DNA from: an uncultured Gammaproteobacteria bacterium
GTDB lineage: Bacteria > Patescibacteriota > Patescibacteriia > Patescibacteriales > WJLG01
Assembly (NCBI GenBank): GCA_964395625.1
Contig: CAYNAR010000008.1
Span: forward strand, 1-55,503
Length of the DNA: 55,503 nucleotides
Direction: 5' to 3'
Positions 27,155 to 36,433 of the stretch are shown here, piece by piece. The stretch's first letter is position 1, and each line of letters opens with the position of its first letter. The position numbers were made by a program, and so were the translations under genes. The notes below the pieces were generated by a model. The model did not search any database, was not told the origin of the DNA, and saw nothing but the letters and a program-made list of their open reading frames with translations.

Positions 27155-28189
27155 ATGAGTAAGCATGCCATATTCGAGAAGAAGAACGTTCTAATCATAG
27201 GTGGCGCCGGTTTCATCGGTTCCCATCTTTGCGACGAACTAATCAAGACTTGCAAAGTGATTTGTTTGGATGATTTTTCTACCGGCATAGAACGTAATAT
27301 AGACCACTTGCTTTCGGAGCCGGATTTTTCTTTTTTGCGCCATGACATGTCCGAGCCTATTGATTTGGAGAAAGAGCAGTCTTTGCAAAAATTTAAAATA
27401 CAATTTCAGGGAGTGCAAGAAATATACAATTTGGCTTGTCCGACTTCGCCGAAGAATTTTCAGAAGAACATGAAAGCCACTTTACTGGCCAATTCCTATG
27501 CCGTTAGGAATGCCTTGGATTTAGCGGTTAAATACGAGGCTAAATTCATGCATTTTTCTTCATCGGTAGTCTATGGTCCTCGTCGTACCCTTAATGGAAA
27601 GATAAAGGAGGATGATATCGGTCAGGTCGATTGTCTCTCGGATCGCGCTTGTTACGACGAGGGAAAGCGTTTCGCCGAGACTTTCGTCAAGACTTATAGG
27701 GAGATATACGGCATAGACGCTAAGATAATCAGAGTTTTTAGGACATACGGTCCGCGTATGCCTCTCGATGATAATCAGATGATTTCCGATTTTGTGGCTA
27801 ACGCTTTGGATAACAAGGATTTGGTCGTCTATGGCGATGAGAAATTCTCATCTTCCTTCTGTTACGTTTCCGATATCTTGGATGCCGCATTGAAGATGAT
27901 GGAGACGGATTTTTACGGTCCGATCAATGTTGGTTCCGATGTCGATATATCGATAGCTAGAGTGGCGCAGAAGATAATAGATTTGACCGACTCCTCTTCG
28001 AAGGTGGTTTTTTCCGATCCGATTTTCTTTATGAGCGAATTGCCCTTGCCAGACATAACTAAGGCCTCCGATGAATTGGGTTGGTTGCCGATAGTCACGC
28101 TCGAGAACGGGTTGAAGAAGTCGATCGACGATTTGCGCGCCAGTAAAGGCCTTAAGGCTGTCGGTGCCGGTGATTTCTTGGGGCAATAG
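27155..28189 (+). CDS. NAD-dependent epimerase/dehydratase, UDP-glucuronate decarboxylase-like
   Basis: GGAGFIGSHL, IYNLACPTSP, YDEGK (YxxxK), RVFRTYGPRM. Confidence 0.9.
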   Translation: MSKHAIFEKKNVLIIGGAGFIGSHLCDELIKTCKVICLDDFSTGIERNIDHLLSEPDFSFLRHDMSEPIDLEKEQSLQKFKIQFQGVQEIYNLACPTSPKNFQKNMKATLLANSYAVRNALDLAVKYEAKFMHFSSSVVYGPRRTLNGKIKEDDIGQVDCLSDRACYDEGKRFAETFVKTYREIYGIDAKIIRVFRTYGPRMPLDDNQMISDFVANALDNKDLVVYGDEKFSSSFCYVSDILDAALKMMETDFYGPINVGSDVDISIARVAQKIIDLTDSSSKVVFSDPIFFMSELPLPDITKASDELGWLPIVTLENGLKKSIDDLRASKGLKAVGAGDFLGQ

Positions 28190-28192
28190 TCT

Positions 28193-29449
28193 ATGAAGAG
28201 ATTAAAAGAACAAACAAAAGAACAATTGGCCATTTCCGAGAGAGTTTCGGTGAATCGTATTTTGGATAAGGTCTTTTCCTATGCCAGTGGCGAGGATGTC
28301 GAGGAGTTGATCTTCGATTCTTGTGACGGCAAAGGAGTTGTTAAATTCTATTCTTGCGGCGAGAAGAGGGGTGGTTTGCAGTTTTCTATGCAAGTCAAAA
28401 AGGAGATTTTTTCCATTCTTCATGGATTGGCTTCTCCGCAGAAGGCGTCCGTTAAAGGAAGGAGCGAGTTCAAAAAAGATTCCTCCGGTTCTTGGGAGGT
28501 CTATTCCGTCTCTTTTTATGGTAAGGGCGACGAAGAGCGCGCTATAGTCTCCTTGAGTCGCGGTCGTTATGAAGTTATGAGTCTTCGTCGTCTTGGTTTC
28601 GAGAAGAGGACGCTCGGTCAAGTGAAGGAGGTTTTGGAGGGTGGTAAGGGCGCAGTTTTAGTGATCAGTCCCTTTAATTCCGGAAAGACCACGACGCTGT
28701 ATAGTATGGTCGAGTATGTAAATCGTCCGGATGTCAACGTCTCGACTTTCGAACATCAGGTCAAAGTGGACTTGCCGTCGGTCAATCAGAGTCAAATGAG
28801 TCCTGGTAGCAACAACCATCCTTTATCTTCCATATTGAGATGCGACCCTGACGTCGTCATGATGGACGAGTTGGTAGAGAAAGAAGGTGTGGATGCCGTT
28901 TTGCATTTGGCCGAACGAGGCTATCTGGTGCTGGCCGGTCTTTATGGGCGCGATTTTCCGACGACTTTGGATTTTCTGCAAGGATTGGGCGTCGATTTGC
29001 CTTTATTCGCCTCATCCGTTAAAATGATCGTCAACCAACGCTTAGTCGATGGAAATTGCCCCAATTGCTTGGTTAAGGAAAAGCTCAGTAAAGATATGAA
29101 AAAGGAAGTCGATGAGATACTTTCCGAGAATGGATTACTCGATGAACTTAAAGATTGCAGGGCGATCACGTCCGGCGTCGGCAGTGCCTCGGACATCTCC
29201 TTCTATAAAGGAGCCGGTTGCCGAGCTTGTCGTCAAACCGGTCTTTCTGGTAAGGTCGGCATATTCGAGGTCCTTTCCTTTGACGACGACGTGAAGAAGA
29301 TGATACGGGAGGGGCATTTTTCGAGACTAAGGAGAATGGTCGGAGAACAGGGTAATTTAACTTTATTGGAGAGTGCGGTCTTTAAGGCCGTTAGAGGGAT
29401 TATACCGTTGAGCGAAGTGTTGAAAATGAAAAGAGAGAATGAATTATGA
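28193..29449 (+). CDS. Degenerate GspE/PilB-like ATPase
   Basis: SPFNSGKTTT (Walker A-like), LRCDPDVVMMDE, NQRLV..CPNC..GC..C.QTG..GKVGIFEVL. The Asp and His boxes are altered. Confidence 0.8.
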   Translation: MKRLKEQTKEQLAISERVSVNRILDKVFSYASGEDVEELIFDSCDGKGVVKFYSCGEKRGGLQFSMQVKKEIFSILHGLASPQKASVKGRSEFKKDSSGSWEVYSVSFYGKGDEERAIVSLSRGRYEVMSLRRLGFEKRTLGQVKEVLEGGKGAVLVISPFNSGKTTTLYSMVEYVNRPDVNVSTFEHQVKVDLPSVNQSQMSPGSNNHPLSSILRCDPDVVMMDELVEKEGVDAVLHLAERGYLVLAGLYGRDFPTTLDFLQGLGVDLPLFASSVKMIVNQRLVDGNCPNCLVKEKLSKDMKKEVDEILSENGLLDELKDCRAITSGVGSASDISFYKGAGCRACRQTGLSGKVGIFEVLSFDDDVKKMIREGHFSRLRRMVGEQGNLTLLESAVFKAVRGIIPLSEVLKMKRENEL

Positions 29450-30108
29450 AAAAGTTTTGTATTATACCGGCGTTGAATGAAGGGGCTTCGCTGAAAAATG
29501 TCTTACCGCAGGTTACGAAGGAGGTCGATGTCGTCGTGGTCGTCGATGACGGCTCGACGGACGATACCGCGGAGGTTTCCACTTCCTTAGGGGCGGTCGT
29601 CCTTTCTCATCCCACCAATCGCGGTCAAGGTGCCGCTTTGGAGACGGGAGACGAATACGCTCGCCTGGCAGGAGCCGATATAGTCGTGCATTTCGACGCC
29701 GATGGTCAATTTTCATCTCAAGAGATCAGTCTGTTCACGGAAGTGTTGGAGAATGGCGAGGCTGATGCCGTCTTCGGTTCGCGTTTTTCCGGCAAGAAGA
29801 GTAGGATGCCTTTCCTAAAGAGGGCGTTGATTATGCCGATAGCTCGCGTGGTCAATAAGATATTTTTCAATATTAAAATGAAGGATCCTCAATCCGGTTT
29901 CCGGGCCTTCAATTCCAAAGTTCTGAAGTCTTTAAGGATAGAGCACGACGGTATGGCTCATTGCAGTGAGATTCTTCACAAGATCTCTTCCGGCGGGTGG
30001 ATAATAAAAGAGGTTCCCATAACGGTGAGTTATTCGGAGTTCGGACAGAGTTTTAGTGGAGGTTTTAAGATAATCAAGGATATCCTTATCGGTAAGCTAT
30101 TAAAATAA
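29446..30108 (+). CDS. Glycosyltransferase family 2 (DPM-synthase-like)
   Basis: IIPALNE, VDDGSTD, NRGQGAA, DADGQ, DPQSGFR. Confidence 0.92.
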   Translation: MKKFCIIPALNEGASLKNVLPQVTKEVDVVVVVDDGSTDDTAEVSTSLGAVVLSHPTNRGQGAALETGDEYARLAGADIVVHFDADGQFSSQEISLFTEVLENGEADAVFGSRFSGKKSRMPFLKRALIMPIARVVNKIFFNIKMKDPQSGFRAFNSKVLKSLRIEHDGMAHCSEILHKISSGGWIIKEVPITVSYSEFGQSFSGGFKIIKDILIGKLLK

Positions 30109-30112
30109 AGAT

Positions 30113-30451
30113 ATGATACAACAATTGATCGCGATAATAATAATACTTTTCTTCGTATCCCGTTTGTTTTTCTTGAAGAGGGATAAAAAGATAGCCGACG
30201 GCGAATTTTTCTTTTGGCTTTCTTTTTGGACGCTGTCGGCGGTCTCGGTTCTGTTCTTGAAGAAGTTGGATGGACTCTTCGCTTCCTTGGGCTTTTCGGC
30301 CTCGGCCATCAACATCCTCGTCTACGCCGCGGTCATAGTGCTTTTCTATTTTAATTTCCGTCTTCGCTTGCGTCTGGAGAAGATGAATAAGGACATTACC
30401 AGGATTTCCAGGAAGATAGCCTTGGATGGTGATGTAGTCGATAAAAATTAA
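30113..30451 (+). CDS. DUF2304-like small membrane protein
   Basis: 112 aa with three hydrophobic segments and a C-terminal 'EKMNKDITRISRKIAL', directly after a GT2 gene. Confidence 0.7.
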   Translation: MIQQLIAIIIILFFVSRLFFLKRDKKIADGEFFFWLSFWTLSAVSVLFLKKLDGLFASLGFSASAINILVYAAVIVLFYFNFRLRLRLEKMNKDITRISRKIALDGDVVDKN

Positions 30452-30461
30452 TATATAAAAT

Positions 30462-30875
30462 ATGAGCGGAGCCAAAAGAATGGTGATCGATTTCGTCAAT
30501 TTCATCTTTGCCTTATCCTTGATAGGTTTTAGTATCTTGTATTTTACCGCGGGCGATAACCTTCAGGAATTTAAAGGCATCTTGCGTTTATTGATGGCCG
30601 TCATATCCATAATATTCGTCTTTATGCTTCGTTTTCGCTCTTGGCGCGACCAAGCCGATAAAGCGGCGCGCGAGAGCTGGAGCGAACTGGAGATGACCAT
30701 ATCTTTCTTTGATAGATTGAAGATAGATATCTTCGTCTTCTCCACGCCGATCGTCTCTTTGCTTGCCGCTTTCGTCATGAAGAGGGAGGTCTCCACTGCC
30801 GACATCGTATCGGCCGTTTCCGTCTTCGTCGTCGCTCTGGTTTTCTCCAAATGGCTTCTTGGTAAAGCTCGCTAG
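30462..30875 (+). CDS. Hypothetical membrane protein
   Basis: 137 aa with four hydrophobic segments, tightly packed in the operon. Confidence 0.65.
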   Translation: MSGAKRMVIDFVNFIFALSLIGFSILYFTAGDNLQEFKGILRLLMAVISIIFVFMLRFRSWRDQADKAARESWSELEMTISFFDRLKIDIFVFSTPIVSLLAAFVMKREVSTADIVSAVSVFVVALVFSKWLLGKAR

Positions 30876-30881
30876 ATTATT

Positions 30882-32000
30882 ATGAAGATAGCCCAAATAA
30901 CTTGCGTGTATCCGCCATACAAAGGAGGAATCGCCACTAGCGCCGTCGATTTCGCCCGTACTTTGTCTTCGGATGGACACTCCGTCGAGACTTTCACGAT
31001 AGATTACGGTGGCGAAAAGAAGAAGGGCGATGCCGTGTATTTGAAGGCTTTGCCGGGTTTGGGTAAGGGCGGTTTTTTGTCGCAACTATTTTTTCGTTTG
31101 AAGGATTTCGACAGAGTCATCTTGCATTACCCTTTTTTTGGAACCGCCGAGATAGTTTGGTTTTTGAAAAAATTCTTTTGGAAAGATGAGAAGAAGTTGT
31201 TCGTCCATTATCACATGGATGTAGAGTTGCCTGGCGTTTTTTTGAGGATTTTATCCTTGCCTTCGACGTTGATTTTCAATTCGCTGTTCGAAAGCGCCGA
31301 CGTCATCACTTGCGCCAGCTTGGATTATGTGAGAAACGGTAAGCTAAGGAGATTGTGCGAGAAGCATCCTGAAAAATTCTTCGAGATACCTTTTGGCGTG
31401 GATACGAAAAGATTCAGTCCTGCTATTTTTAACGGTGACGACAAGAGAACTTTCAACGTGTTGTTTGTCGGTGGTTTGGATAAGGCGCATTATTTCAAGG
31501 GGATTAGTGTTCTTCTGGGAGCTTTCGCGAAAGTTTATAATTCACATAAGGATGGCTTAAGAATGACCATTGTCGGTTCGGGCGATCTTGAGTATGTTTA
31601 CAAGGGTAAGGCTAAGGAGCTAGGCATAGGCGATGCGGTGGATTTTTTGGGACGCGTTTCGGACGATGACCTACCTGATAGATATAAGGATGCGGACTGT
31701 TTGGTTTTGCCGTCTATCAATAAAGGAGAGGCCTTCGGGATAGTTCTTGTCGAGGCTATGTCTTGCGGTCTTCCTGTTATCGCCTCTAATTTGCCCGGCG
31801 TAAGGGGGGTTTTTGAGGATGGTAAACAAGGTTTTCTTGTAAGTCCTGGTGACGAAGATTCTTTGGCCGAAAAGATAGAATATCTGTTCAATAATTCGGA
31901 AAGAAGAAAGAATATGGGCGGAGAAGCTAGAGTTTTGGTGGAGTCGATATATGATAAGGGTAAGATAGATAAGCGATTCCTTGATGTCCTCGTCGGCTAA
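30882..32000 (+). CDS. Glycosyltransferase family 4
   Basis: MKIAQIT, LFVGGLD..KG and EAFGIVLVEAM. Confidence 0.9.
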   Translation: MKIAQITCVYPPYKGGIATSAVDFARTLSSDGHSVETFTIDYGGEKKKGDAVYLKALPGLGKGGFLSQLFFRLKDFDRVILHYPFFGTAEIVWFLKKFFWKDEKKLFVHYHMDVELPGVFLRILSLPSTLIFNSLFESADVITCASLDYVRNGKLRRLCEKHPEKFFEIPFGVDTKRFSPAIFNGDDKRTFNVLFVGGLDKAHYFKGISVLLGAFAKVYNSHKDGLRMTIVGSGDLEYVYKGKAKELGIGDAVDFLGRVSDDDLPDRYKDADCLVLPSINKGEAFGIVLVEAMSCGLPVIASNLPGVRGVFEDGKQGFLVSPGDEDSLAEKIEYLFNNSERRKNMGGEARVLVESIYDKGKIDKRFLDVLVG

Positions 32001-32037
32001 AGTTGGGAGCTATCAATAATTTTTGTCGTTGGAAAAT

Positions 32038-33192
32038 ATGAAAATATTCGTAATTAACAATCTTTATCATCCTTTCGGTCGTGGCGGTGCCGAGAAGGTG
32101 GCGGAGAAGATAGTGCTCGGTTTGGAAAGATCCGGTCATGAGGTTTTCGTATTGTCGACAAAACCTATTCGAAGCGACGAAGCCGATACCGAGAAACGTT
32201 TTTTTATATCGTCGAGGTTCTTCGATTTGGATAAATACTCCATGATTTGGAGACTCTTCTTTCATATCTTCGACTGTTTCGATTTTATTAAGGCTTCTCA
32301 AGTGAAGAGGACTCTACTTAAAGAGAAACCGGATTTGGTGATAACTAATAATTTGAAGGGGTTGGGATTTCTTCTGCCAAGAGTCATTAAAGGCTTAAAG
32401 ATAAAACATTTTCATATTTTACATGACATTCAGCTTCTGCATCCTTCCGGTTTGATGATGTGGGGGCGAGAAGGAGCGATAGATAGTTTTTGCGCCAAGG
32501 CCTATCAGGTGATAAATCGTTTTCTTTTCTCTTCGCCGGCAGTGGTGATTTCGCCGTCGAAATGGCTATTGGGCCTGCATCGCGATCGGGGATTCTTCGA
32601 GCGTTCCAAGGGAGAAGTCCTTCCTAATTTCTTTCCTGCTTCATCTGGCGATGTCGCGTCTAGACCGATGACGAATAAAGTCGACGGTATCGCCAATTTT
32701 TTATATATCGGACAAATAGAGAGTCATAAAGGGGTGGAGTTTTTGATCGACGCCTTTACTCGTTTTTTTGTAAAACATCCTAACTCCAGATTGTCGATAG
32801 TCGGAAGTGGATCAAGATTAGAAGATCTTAGAAAGTCGACGGATTGTTATGGCATCGCTTTTTTAGGTAAAAAGGATTCCCCCGAGGTTTTAAAGATGAT
32901 GTTTTCTTCGGATTATTTGATAGTTCCGTCTTTATGCTATGAGAATTCACCGACGGTGATATACGAGGCGGCATTCGTCGGATTGCCGGTGATAGCCTCT
33001 AATATAGGTGGGATAGGCGAGTTGGTCGAGCGTTTCGGAGGGATATTGTTCGATCCCGGCGATGCTGAGGATTTGTTATCGAAAATGGAGGGCGTCGTCA
33101 GTGGTTATGGCGTGGTCAATTCTAAAGATAAAGTGGCTGGTTTTAGCGAATATGATTATATCAAAGTTTTACTTGGCTTGGCAGAAAGATAG
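32038..33192 (+). CDS. Glycosyltransferase family 4
   Basis: GGAEK, YIGQIESHKG and ENSPTVIYEA. The start is placed at ATG 32038. Confidence 0.88.
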   Translation: MKIFVINNLYHPFGRGGAEKVAEKIVLGLERSGHEVFVLSTKPIRSDEADTEKRFFISSRFFDLDKYSMIWRLFFHIFDCFDFIKASQVKRTLLKEKPDLVITNNLKGLGFLLPRVIKGLKIKHFHILHDIQLLHPSGLMMWGREGAIDSFCAKAYQVINRFLFSSPAVVISPSKWLLGLHRDRGFFERSKGEVLPNFFPASSGDVASRPMTNKVDGIANFLYIGQIESHKGVEFLIDAFTRFFVKHPNSRLSIVGSGSRLEDLRKSTDCYGIAFLGKKDSPEVLKMMFSSDYLIVPSLCYENSPTVIYEAAFVGLPVIASNIGGIGELVERFGGILFDPGDAEDLLSKMEGVVSGYGVVNSKDKVAGFSEYDYIKVLLGLAER

Positions 33193-33212
33193 ATAAAAGT
33201 TAAAATATCCCT

Positions 33213-33629
33213 ATGTTGCTATTCTCCAAAATATATCACGATATCGATGTTCTGCGTTCCAGGACCTCTTATGTCTTTTCAGAGATATTTTCCCATCGTT
33301 TCGTCTTTTGGCTTTTAGCGTCCTCCTTTCTTTTGAATTCCGGCGCATGGCTCTTTAGTTGGCTTTTCTATAGGCGAGTCAAAGAGGATATAATTATTTT
33401 GCATTACAATATCGACTTCGGTGTCGATTTGGTAGGAGATCCTAATAAGATATTTGTAATCCCTGCTATAGGATCTTTTGTGATAGTCTTTAATTTTTTA
33501 TTGCTTTCGTTGTTTGTCAAACGTCGTGATTTCAAAATATTGGCCATGCTTTCTTTGATTGGCGCTTTTTTTGTGAATTTCTTTTTATCCTTGTCTCTTG
33601 GTCCTTTGTATTTAATTAATTTTAGTTAA
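33213..33629 (+). CDS. Hypothetical membrane protein upstream of mraY
   Basis: 138 aa with three hydrophobic segments and ILHYNIDFGVD. Confidence 0.65.
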   Translation: MLLFSKIYHDIDVLRSRTSYVFSEIFSHRFVFWLLASSFLLNSGAWLFSWLFYRRVKEDIIILHYNIDFGVDLVGDPNKIFVIPAIGSFVIVFNFLLLSLFVKRRDFKILAMLSLIGAFFVNFFLSLSLGPLYLINFS

Positions 33630-33638
33630 TATATTCTT

Positions 33639-34676
33639 ATGCCAGAATTACAAATCGTCAGAATTTTGATATTGAGCTCATTGTCCTTCGTCTTCGCTTT
33701 TTTATGCACGCCGATACTGACGCATTTTTTATATAAATATAAATTGGGTAAGCAGATCAGGAATACCGGAGCAACCCCGATATTCTCGGCGTTACACGCT
33801 CATAAGACCGGCACGCCGACCATGGGAGGAATCCTGATTTGGGTGACTCTTTTGGTTTTTATATTGTTTTTTTCTTTTTTGGGCAAGATGGTTCCGTCTG
33901 TCTCATGGCTAAATTTTTTTTCTAGGGGTGAGACGCTTCTTCCTTTAGGGATCTTCGTTTTGAGCGCCATCATCGGTCTGATAGACGATTGGTTGGATAT
34001 ACGTGGTAAAGGTAAGGGGGGATTGAGGATGAAGCATCGCCTATTGATATACGCCGCTATCGCCGCGATAGGTGCCGCTTGGTTCTATTTCAAGCTGGAT
34101 TGGACGGCTCTGCATATACCTTTTTTCGGTAATTTCGAGATTGGCGCTTGGTATATCCCTTTCTTCGTCTTTGTTATTGTCGCGACGGCTTTCTCCGTCA
34201 ACGAGACCGATGGACTGGACGGTTTGGCCGGCGGGACTTTGCTTTTTTCCTTCGCCTCCTATGCCGTGATCGCCTTTATACTCGGACGTTATGATCTGGC
34301 GGCTTTTTGCGGTGTCATCATCGGAGCCCTATTGGCCTTTTTGTGGTTCAATATCGCCCCGGCACGTTTCTATATGGGTGATACGGGCTCGATGGGCATG
34401 GGCATCACGCTTGGTGTCATAGCGTTGCTCACCAATACCGCCTTCATCCTTCCTTTTATCGGATTCATTTTCGTCGTCGAGTCGTTGTCCGTCATCATAC
34501 AGTTGTCGTCGAAAAGATTACGCAAAGGGAAAAAGGTCTTCATCTCGACTCCTATTCATCATCATTTTCAGGCTATAGGGTGGCCGGAGACTAAGATAGT
34601 CATGCGTTTTTGGGTTATAGCCGGAGTGGCTTCAGCAGTCGGCTTAGTCGTATTTTTATTGGATAAGGGATTCTAA
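33639..34676 (+). CDS. mraY: Phospho-N-acetylmuramoyl-pentapeptide transferase
   Basis: KTGTPTMGG, GLIDD, NETDGLDGLA, YMGDTGS and PIHHHF. Confidence 0.95.
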   Translation: MPELQIVRILILSSLSFVFAFLCTPILTHFLYKYKLGKQIRNTGATPIFSALHAHKTGTPTMGGILIWVTLLVFILFFSFLGKMVPSVSWLNFFSRGETLLPLGIFVLSAIIGLIDDWLDIRGKGKGGLRMKHRLLIYAAIAAIGAAWFYFKLDWTALHIPFFGNFEIGAWYIPFFVFVIVATAFSVNETDGLDGLAGGTLLFSFASYAVIAFILGRYDLAAFCGVIIGALLAFLWFNIAPARFYMGDTGSMGMGITLGVIALLTNTAFILPFIGFIFVVESLSVIIQLSSKRLRKGKKVFISTPIHHHFQAIGWPETKIVMRFWVIAGVASAVGLVVFLLDKGF

Positions 34677-35825
34677 ATGTTGAAATTTCTATCAGCGCAA
34701 AAATTTGGATCGGGCAGTAAGAGGAATCCGCATTCTCCCGACATGGTCCTTCTGTCGGCTATCGCTATTTTAGTCGGCCTCGGTTTGGTTTTTCTTTCTA
34801 ACGCTTCGGCAGTTGTCGGCTATGCTAAGTATGGGTCGAGCTATCATTATTTCAATCGTCAATTGGTTGTCTTGCTTCTTGGTGCGGCTTGCCTTTGGTT
34901 GATGTACAAGATAGATTACACTATTTGGAAAAAATACTCTTTCTTTTTGTTAATAGTTTCCGTCGGTTTGTTGTGCTTGGTCTTTATTCCGAGCTTGGCT
35001 GCCGGTTGGGGGACTTCTCGCAGTTGGGTTAATGTATTTGGTTTGTCGTTGCAGCCTTCCGAGTTGGTGAAGATTTTCTTCCTGATCTACTTAGCGGCTT
35101 TCTTGGAGGGGCGTCAAAACGACATGAAGGATGCCAGACAGAGTTTCTGGCCTTTTTTGGTGGTTTTCGGTATTATCGCCATCCTAATGTTGCTTCAGCC
35201 GGATCTTGGGACTTTGTTCATTATAGCCGCTTCCGCCTTTATGGTTTATTTTGCGGCTGGCGGACGCGTCGCTCATTTGGCTTTTATAGTTTTGGGGGGA
35301 TTGCTAGCTTTTTTCATATTGATTCAGGCTAAACCCTATCAGATGGATCGTTTTCGTTGCGTCTTAAATTCGGAGTACAATCAGCAGAAAGAGTGCTATC
35401 AGCTGAATCAATCGCTGATCGCGGTGGGTTCTGGAGGTGCCATAGGACGAGGGCTTGGAAAATCTCGACAAAAATTCCTATATCTCCCGGAGGTTCATGG
35501 CGATTCCATCTTCGCGATAATTGCCGAAGAGATCGGATTGGTCGGCGGTCTGGCGTTTATTTTTATATATTTTTTGATATTCTACAGAATAATACTGATA
35601 TCGTCCCATGCGCCGGACGTTTTTGGTCGTCTCTTGGCTGCCGGCATAGGTTGTTGGTTCATAGTTCAGGCATTTCTTAATATTGGTGGCGTCATCGGAT
35701 TGATTCCAATGACCGGCGTGCCGTTGCCGTTAGTCTCTCAAGGAGGGTCGAATCTTTTGGCGACATTGATCGCTATGGGCATAGTTTTAAATATTAGCAG
35801 GTATTCCGTGATTAGCAGGTCTTAG
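34677..35825 (+). CDS. ftsW: SEDS peptidoglycan polymerase FtsW
   Basis: LQPSELVK, QPDLGT, KFLYLPEVHGDSIFA and TGVPLPLVSQGG. Confidence 0.93.
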   Translation: MLKFLSAQKFGSGSKRNPHSPDMVLLSAIAILVGLGLVFLSNASAVVGYAKYGSSYHYFNRQLVVLLLGAACLWLMYKIDYTIWKKYSFFLLIVSVGLLCLVFIPSLAAGWGTSRSWVNVFGLSLQPSELVKIFFLIYLAAFLEGRQNDMKDARQSFWPFLVVFGIIAILMLLQPDLGTLFIIAASAFMVYFAAGGRVAHLAFIVLGGLLAFFILIQAKPYQMDRFRCVLNSEYNQQKECYQLNQSLIAVGSGGAIGRGLGKSRQKFLYLPEVHGDSIFAIIAEEIGLVGGLAFIFIYFLIFYRIILISSHAPDVFGRLLAAGIGCWFIVQAFLNIGGVIGLIPMTGVPLPLVSQGGSNLLATLIAMGIVLNISRYSVISRS

Positions 35826-35892
35826 TCTATTTTTTTGCTAAAATATGATATAATATGAATAGTCGGTATCGATAATAATTAATTTTTAAATT

Positions 35893-36357
35893 ATGAATTT
35901 CGAAAATTTTCCGCAAGAAGCTTCAACTGAAGAAGAGAAGCCGAAAAAGAAGAAGACTGGTTTTTTCGGAACGGTGGCAGCTGCTGTCGGCATAATGGCT
36001 GGCGGTGTGATGTCGCAAGAAAAGAGCGACGATGGAATAATAAAAGGCTTTGGCTTCGAGTCGTCTGGTAAAAACATAGAAAGCGTCGAAGGTGGCAAGG
36101 AATTCGATGTCGATGCCATGTTCGCTTCCGAGGTTGATAACAGTAGTAAGCTTAGCGTTAAAAAAGCTAATCTTAGCGGTGATGCAGTTCCGCTGACCAG
36201 TGAAGACATTTTAGAGAAAGGCGAGGCTTGGAGCGTTAGCGGTAAGAATTTAAAGGAAGTCGAGGCTAATGCCAGACAGAAAGAGGCTGAAGCGAAAAGA
36301 AGGATGGACGATAAGAAGAAGGACGCCGGCGATTTTACTGTCAGTATGCGCGATTAA
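35893..36357 (+). CDS. Hypothetical single-pass membrane protein inserted in the dcw cluster
   Basis: 154 aa: acidic N-terminus, KKKK patch, one hydrophobic segment. Upstream TGn-TATAAT at 35846-35854. Confidence 0.6.
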   Translation: MNFENFPQEASTEEEKPKKKKTGFFGTVAAAVGIMAGGVMSQEKSDDGIIKGFGFESSGKNIESVEGGKEFDVDAMFASEVDNSSKLSVKKANLSGDAVPLTSEDILEKGEAWSVSGKNLKEVEANARQKEAEAKRRMDDKKKDAGDFTVSMRD

Positions 36358-36433
36358 TGATTTTTTAAATGGTATTATAGCGAAAATAACTCATCATTGA
36401 GTTATTTTTGTTTTTGGCTTAATATAGGGATGT

